A stretch of 64,000 nt of DNA from assembly GCA_963777605.1 (NCBI GenBank), contig CAVZRV010000011.1:128001-192000 (forward strand). The letters are read 5' to 3'. Source of the DNA: an uncultured Acidobacteriota bacterium. GTDB taxonomy: Bacteria > Acidobacteriota > UBA6911 > RPQK01 > JAPXNP01. Each line of letters opens with the position of its first letter. Position 1 is the first letter of the stretch. The translations under genes and the position numbers were made by a program. Below the pieces are notes generated by a model, which was not told where the DNA came from, made no database searches, and saw only the letters and a list, made by a program, of their open reading frames with translations. Positions 59,306 through 64,000 of this stretch are shown piece by piece.

Positions 59306-60853
59306 TCATCGAAAGCGCTGGCAGTCGATTCGGTATTTTCTGACTTTGTACCCAATGATGCGCTCCGTCGTCACCAGCAACCGGGCCGCCTTGGCCCGGT
59401 TGCCCCGGGTACTTTTCAGCGCGTCCTGGATGAGGTCCTTCTCATAGGCCGCTACCGCCTCGTTCAGGTCAATTGTCGAGAGAGTTCCGGAAGCTTCGGC
59501 GGTCTGCAGCGTCGGCGGCAGGTGATGGGCGTGAATCACATGGCCGTCGCAGACCAGGACCGCCCGTTCGATGGCGTTTTCGAGTTCGCGGACGTTGCCC
59601 GGCCAGTGGTAGCTCACCAGCATGTCGATCGCGGGAGTAGAGATCCGGCGGATGTTCTTGCCATGTTCGCGACTGTACTTCTCCAGGAAGTGGTCCGCCA
59701 GAAGCAGAATGTCGGACTTCCGCTCCCTCATGGGAGGAACAAAGACAGTGAACACGTTGAGCCGGTAGTAGAGGTCTTCTCGAAAGGTCCCCTGGGTGAT
59801 GGCTTCTTCAATGTTCTTGTTGGTCGCGGCGATCAGCCGGACATTCGTCCGCAGGGTCTGGGTGCCGCCAACCCGCTCGAACTCCCGTTCCTGTAGAACT
59901 CGGAGCAGCTTCACCTGAAGCGGGGTCGCCAGGTCTCCGATCTCATCGAGGAAAAGGGTGCCTCCATCGGCCAGTTCGAAACGTCCTTTCTTCTGGGCCA
60001 TCGCTCCCGTGAACGCTCCCTTTTCGTGACCGAACAGTTCGGCCTCGATCAGGGTCTCGGGAAGCGCCGCACAGCTGACTCGAATGAAAGGCTTCTGGGA
60101 GCGCAACGAATTGTAGTGGATGGCGTGGGCGATCAACTCCTTGCCGGTTCCCGATTCACCCCGAATCAGGACCGTTGTGTTGCTCCGCGCCACCTGTGTA
60201 ATCCGTTCATAGACTTCCCTCATGGCGCTGCTGTTGCCGATCAGGTTGGAGAAATCGTAGCGAGACTTGAGTTCCTCTCGAAGATGGATGTTCTCTTCCA
60301 GGAGATCATTGCGCTCCGTTTCAACCAACCGGTTGATCGTGACCGCCTGGGCAACGGTCGAAGCAACAACCTGCACAAAGCTCAGCGCTCGGTTATAGTT
60401 TCGGTCGCCCGAAAAATGGAGCTCCATGGCAATCGCACCAACCGATTGGCTGGCGAGCAGGAGAGGGACACAAACGAAAGAGTACTCTTGGCCACGGCGC
60501 CGGCCCGCACCGGAAATCATCGGCTCGATGCTGGTCTTGGGGACCACAACAGGCCGACCGCTTTCGTACACTCGTTCGATAATTTCCCGGCCCGAGTGAA
60601 TCATGCCGGGCGTCGGGGATTTACGGGCGGGATCGGGCACGACGAGACGCTCGCCATCAAGTCCTTCGAGGATGATCAAGGCCGACGAGATACTGGAGTG
60701 CTGTTCCAGAATCGAAACCACCTGCTGAAGCGATCCCTCGAGGTGCAACGTATCGGTGAGCGCTTGACTGATTTCGAGGAGCGTCGCCAATCTCCGCACT
60801 TCAGCGGCCTGTCCCTCCACGAGATCACCCTTCTCCATTCTGTCCTGCGCCAT
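59306..60853 (-). CDS. NifA-like sigma-54-dependent transcriptional activator (GAF-AAA+-HTH)
   Basis: N-terminal GAF (SFVCVPL), [49 protein letters not shown] and C-terminal [13 protein letters not shown]; GGAGG plus ATG at 60853. Confidence 0.92.
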   Translation of the reverse strand: MAQDRMEKGDLVEGQAAEVRRLATLLEISQALTDTLHLEGSLQQVVSILEQHSSISSALIILEGLDGERLVVPDPARKSPTPGMIHSGREIIERVYESGRPVVVPKTSIEPMISGAGRRRGQEYSFVCVPLLLASQSVGAIAMELHFSGDRNYNRALSFVQVVASTVAQAVTINRLVETERNDLLEENIHLREELKSRYDFSNLIGNSSAMREVYERITQVARSNTTVLIRGESGTGKELIAHAIHYNSLRSQKPFIRVSCAALPETLIEAELFGHEKGAFTGAMAQKKGRFELADGGTLFLDEIGDLATPLQVKLLRVLQEREFERVGGTQTLRTNVRLIAATNKNIEEAITQGTFREDLYYRLNVFTVFVPPMRERKSDILLLADHFLEKYSREHGKNIRRISTPAIDMLVSYHWPGNVRELENAIERAVLVCDGHVIHAHHLPPTLQTAEASGTLSTIDLNEAVAAYEKDLIQDALKSTRGNRAKAARLLVTTERIIGYKVRKYRIDCQRFR

Positions 60854-61051
60854 GCGCCTCCCTGAACCTCCAAAGTGATATTGACCAGTGAATTTACCAC
60901 ACTGTACCTTTCCCGCGTGACATTCAGCCATTTTTCGAGTGACAACTCGTCCGATTATGGACGGATTTCCACTCTTCGTAACCGTACAACATGCAATAGT
61001 TCACCACTGCACGGATTTGGCTGCCCTGAAACTGGGAATCGGAGTCTAAGA

Positions 61052-62149
61052 TCACTCCCGGGGTCGACGACGAACCAGTATTGCATCGGAGACGGGCCGC
61101 TCACCGGTCAGATCGGATGGTTGATTCAGAACCTGTCCAAAAAGAACGAACGTCGAGGAACCACCGCCGTCCAGGTTGATCGCATTGACGCAACCCAGCG
61201 ACCCCATCAATTCCGTCAACTCCGCAAGGCTCATTCCCAGGCTGACCCCGGGTCGGCGCCCATCGACCACAACAAAGACCCAGAACCCGTCCGGACGGAT
61301 CCCGACTGCGGTTCGAGGGTGCCGGTTCAGGACGAAACTCTCCTGAACCCGCTCAACTTCGTAGCTGTCCACAATCTTGCCGTCCCGAATCAGGAGGGGA
61401 GTGCCGCCGACAATGTAGTCCAGATCCTTCCACCTACCAGGCTCCCCCCCTTCATCCGGAGAGGAGAGGCGAAACGAGGTCGAAACCTGCTGCCCAACAC
61501 AGTCCGGCGGAGTCCGAGTGGCGACACGGCTTCCGAAGGAAATGACCATTCCTCCCTCGGGTATTGCAGCGTTGCCTTCTGACACCATTTCCATTACCCG
61601 CCCGTCGGCGGAAACCAGCAACTCCCGCCCGCCGCCGTGGGTCAATGTCGACTCGTGAAAACCATCGACATAAAGGACGACCTGGTAGGCCCCTCGTTCC
61701 CGGTTGATCCCGTCGATCTTGAAGTTCTCCTCACCGATCTTCACCTCCCAGCGCATCGACAGGCGCCCTATCCTCACCTTCCGACCATCTTCACTCCAGC
61801 CCAGCGCAGCCCTCGGCAATGCCGGATCGGAATACCAGTCGTCGTTGATTTTGAGAACTCCAACGGGTTCGCCGTCATACTCACTGCCAACCCTGAAGAA
61901 TCCACTGTTGACGGCCAGAAACGCTCCGCTCCGGTGGGCCAGTGACGAAACGGTCTCGCGGCCCAGGCCTTTGTCACGGGCCCGAACCGCCTCGATCCTG
62001 AAGCGAGTGGGATCGACTACGGCAACGTGGATCGACCACGGTTCGTTGCTCGATCGATGCTCATAAGAGAAACCCTCTTCGGCGCGTGCCTGCACCGCAA
62101 GCGCCGCCAACACGATCAGAAAGAGACGAATCTTCCACGCAACTCTCAT
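61052..62149 (-). CDS. Exported phosphodiester glycosidase (NAGPA/DUF2233) family protein
   Basis: Signal peptide; AVNSGFF, RHPRTAVG, VVVDGR and AINLDGGGSST. Confidence 0.85.
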   Translation of the reverse strand: MRVAWKIRLFLIVLAALAVQARAEEGFSYEHRSSNEPWSIHVAVVDPTRFRIEAVRARDKGLGRETVSSLAHRSGAFLAVNSGFFRVGSEYDGEPVGVLKINDDWYSDPALPRAALGWSEDGRKVRIGRLSMRWEVKIGEENFKIDGINRERGAYQVVLYVDGFHESTLTHGGGRELLVSADGRVMEMVSEGNAAIPEGGMVISFGSRVATRTPPDCVGQQVSTSFRLSSPDEGGEPGRWKDLDYIVGGTPLLIRDGKIVDSYEVERVQESFVLNRHPRTAVGIRPDGFWVFVVVDGRRPGVSLGMSLAELTELMGSLGCVNAINLDGGGSSTFVLFGQVLNQPSDLTGERPVSDAILVRRRPRE

Positions 62150-62350
62150 AGGTCAGCCCTCATCCTCCTTGGTGGGAGCGGAACGGGTCTCATTGTCGAT
62201 TGTACGATGTTGGTCTGCAAGCGGTCGTGGACATCCAGTCAGCGACGCCCCCGGAACAGGGCGGAGGTCACTGTTGGACAGCCCTCCTTGTTTCAAAACG
62301 GCACGGTTTCTTAGAATAGACCCGTTCCCGAAAGAGCAGGGCAAACTGTT

Positions 62351-63370
62351 ATGGCTGTCAAGTATAAGGACTATTACGAAATACTTGGGGTCGATCGGTC
62401 GTCCTCCAAGGAGGAGATTCGGAAGACCTATCGAAAACTCGCCCGTAAATATCACCCTGACGTAAACCAGGGCGACAAGACGGCAGAAGAGAAGTTCAAG
62501 GAAATCCAGGAAGCCTACGCCGTTCTGTCAAACCCCGAGAAGCGCCAGCGTTATGACCAATTGGGCAGCAACTGGGAACAAGGTGCCGAATTCACCCCAC
62601 CGCCAGGATGGGAGCGCGCGCACGTCAACTTCGGGAATGCTCAGGAATCCGGCGACATTTTTGGAGATGCAGGCGGCTTCAGTGACTTCTTCCAGTCGTT
62701 TTTTGGCGGGCTGGGTTTTGAGCAGGCCGGTCGATCGCCAAGGCGATCGACCAGTTCTCGAGGCGGTGACGTCGAGGCCGAGATCGAGCTTACTCTCGAA
62801 GACGTCCACCGGGGCGCCCGTCCCACCATTGCTGTAAAGATCGGTGAAGTCTGCACTCGTTGCGGCGGCCGCGGCACCCGAAAGCTGGCTCCTTGCCCCG
62901 CATGCGGCGGCACCGGTCAAACCGTAACCCGCAAGAAGATGACGGTCAGAATTCCTGCCGGAATGCGGGAGGGATCGGTCCTCAAACTGGCCGGGAAAGG
63001 AACCCGGCGGACTCCCAACGGACCAGCCGGAGACCTCTACCTGAAGATCAAGGTGCGCCGGCACCCCGCCCTCGAAATTGTCGGAACCAACGACCTTCAG
63101 GTTGAAGTTCCCATCGCTCCTTGGGAGGCGGCCCTGGGAGCCAAGGTGGAGGTACCAACTCTCGACGGTTCGGTCGAGATGACGGTTCCTCCCGGGACAC
63201 AGGGAGGAGCACGGCTTCGCCTCAGAGGACAGGGACTGACGATCCGTGAAGGCGGCCGGGGCGACCTGTTCGTTCGGGTCCGGATCGGTATTCCGGCTCA
63301 CCTCTCCTCGGAAGAGACGGAACTGCTCAAGCGCTGGGCCCAGGTTTCCCAGTTCAACCCCCGCAAGTAA
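62351..63370 (+). CDS. DnaJ/CbpA-class chaperone with a reduced zinc finger
   Basis: J-domain KDYYEILGV...ARKYHPD; G/F-rich region with FSDFF; two CxxCxGxG repeats; C-terminal PWEAALG and VPTLDG. Confidence 0.9.
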   Translation: MAVKYKDYYEILGVDRSSSKEEIRKTYRKLARKYHPDVNQGDKTAEEKFKEIQEAYAVLSNPEKRQRYDQLGSNWEQGAEFTPPPGWERAHVNFGNAQESGDIFGDAGGFSDFFQSFFGGLGFEQAGRSPRRSTSSRGGDVEAEIELTLEDVHRGARPTIAVKIGEVCTRCGGRGTRKLAPCPACGGTGQTVTRKKMTVRIPAGMREGSVLKLAGKGTRRTPNGPAGDLYLKIKVRRHPALEIVGTNDLQVEVPIAPWEAALGAKVEVPTLDGSVEMTVPPGTQGGARLRLRGQGLTIREGGRGDLFVRVRIGIPAHLSSEETELLKRWAQVSQFNPRK

Positions 63371-63373
63371 CAG

Positions 63374-63402
63374 AAAAGGGCGGCTCGACGGGCCGCCCTT
63401 TT
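63374..63402. terminator. Bidirectional intrinsic terminator
   Basis: AAAAGGGCGGC-TCGACGG-GCCGCCCTTTT between convergent genes. Confidence 0.85.
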
Positions 63403-63430
63403 GGCTTCTACTGATTCCTGAGAAGCTGAT

Positions 63431-64000
63431 TCAGGCTTTCTCGGTTCCCGGAACCGGAATGACTGCCTTCATATCAAGTGGTCCCAGTTCATAAGTCTGG
63501 GGGCCGAGTTGCAGACTCGAAGCCATCATCTCGTCCCACGTGGTCTGCTTGCCGGTGTAGGCGGAGATGCGGCCCATGATCGCCGTCAGCGTCGAAACGG
63601 CGGTATTCTTGGCCTCATTCAGAGGCTTCCCGGTCCGAATCGCCGTCACGAGGTCGATGTGCTCCTGCACGTAAGGCGAGTTCACGCCACCTTCTTCCGC
63701 GCTCTCCGCTCCCGCGCCAGCCGGCGGCTGCCAGGTCCAGACGACCGACCCGTCCGGTCCATAGATGGTGTCCTTACAGTTGGTCGAGCCCTTCGATCCG
63801 ACAAGGTACTCAGACACGTTGTTCACGCAGCCGTCGATCTGACGGCACATGCTCATCGTGTGCATCCCATTTTCCAGCTCGAAGTCAATTGCGAAGAAGT
63901 CATACTGATCGCCCGTTACGCGTCGCTGTCTCCCGCCCATGCCGACTGCCGAAACCGGGTGAGAGTTGGTGAACCAGTTGATGACGTCAATGTTGTGGAC
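63431..64000 (-). CDS. Gfo/Idh/MocA oxidoreductase, C-terminal part (5' truncated by the window edge)
   Basis: Frame open to base 64000: VHNIDVINW..HPVSAVGMGGRQ..GDQYD, CRQIDGC, PYVQEH.DL..AIR and STLTAIMGR.SAYTG. Confidence 0.8.
   Translation of the reverse strand, partial: VHNIDVINWFTNSHPVSAVGMGGRQRRVTGDQYDFFAIDFELENGMHTMSMCRQIDGCVNNVSEYLVGSKGSTNCKDTIYGPDGSVVWTWQPPAGAGAESAEEGGVNSPYVQEHIDLVTAIRTGKPLNEAKNTAVSTLTAIMGRISAYTGKQTTWDEMMASSLQLGPQTYELGPLDMKAVIPVPGTEKA

Noticed and set aside
59306-60853. Calling the activator nifA and inferring nitrogen fixation
   Set aside because: No nif structural genes in the window and no TGT-N10-ACA site recognised upstream of amt; domain architecture alone is insufficient.
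1-64000. CRISPR arrays, IS elements, prophage, defence systems and rRNA
   Set aside because: No regularly spaced direct repeats, transposase, integrase or phage motifs, or rRNA-like sequence were seen by inspection.

Overview
High-GC (roughly 60% by eye) bacterial chromosomal segment, most consistent with Acidobacteriota. The main clues are a short PheT lacking the B2 domain, the tRNA-Val-thrS-infC-rpmI-rplT-pheS-pheT-zapB-zapA-6S-rny-ymdB superoperon and a tandem cyclophilin; this assignment is inference. Contents from left to right: the end of a Wzm/Wzt-type surface-polysaccharide locus (kinase, wzt, wzm, GT4, O-antigen ligase-like protein, DegT aminotransferase); lysA; assorted hydrolases and oxidoreductases; crcB-DUF190; a CE15 esterase; an orphan radical SAM enzyme; uvrA; the translation superoperon; hup; an S41 protease homologue with degenerate catalytic residues; ruvX-mltG; a heterodimeric ABC exporter; an orphan PilB/GspE ATPase with three N-terminal GSPII/MshEN modules; a gnd-pfp-HAD operon; a sigma-54 amt-porin module with a NifA-like activator; and a DnaJ-class chaperone. 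I found no CRISPR array, integrase, transposase, prophage or rRNA. At least six genes are interrupted, mostly by single-base insertions in short homopolymers, which looks like unpolished long-read error rather than biology. Best leads: (1) the amt-porin-NifA-like nitrogen module with no adjacent glnK and a candidate ACA-N4-TGT enhancer; (2) a non-canonical, switch-like structured leader upstream of crcB; (3) the S41 pseudo-protease; (4) the PilF-like multi-MshEN ATPase. All family assignments come from motif recognition, not database searches.
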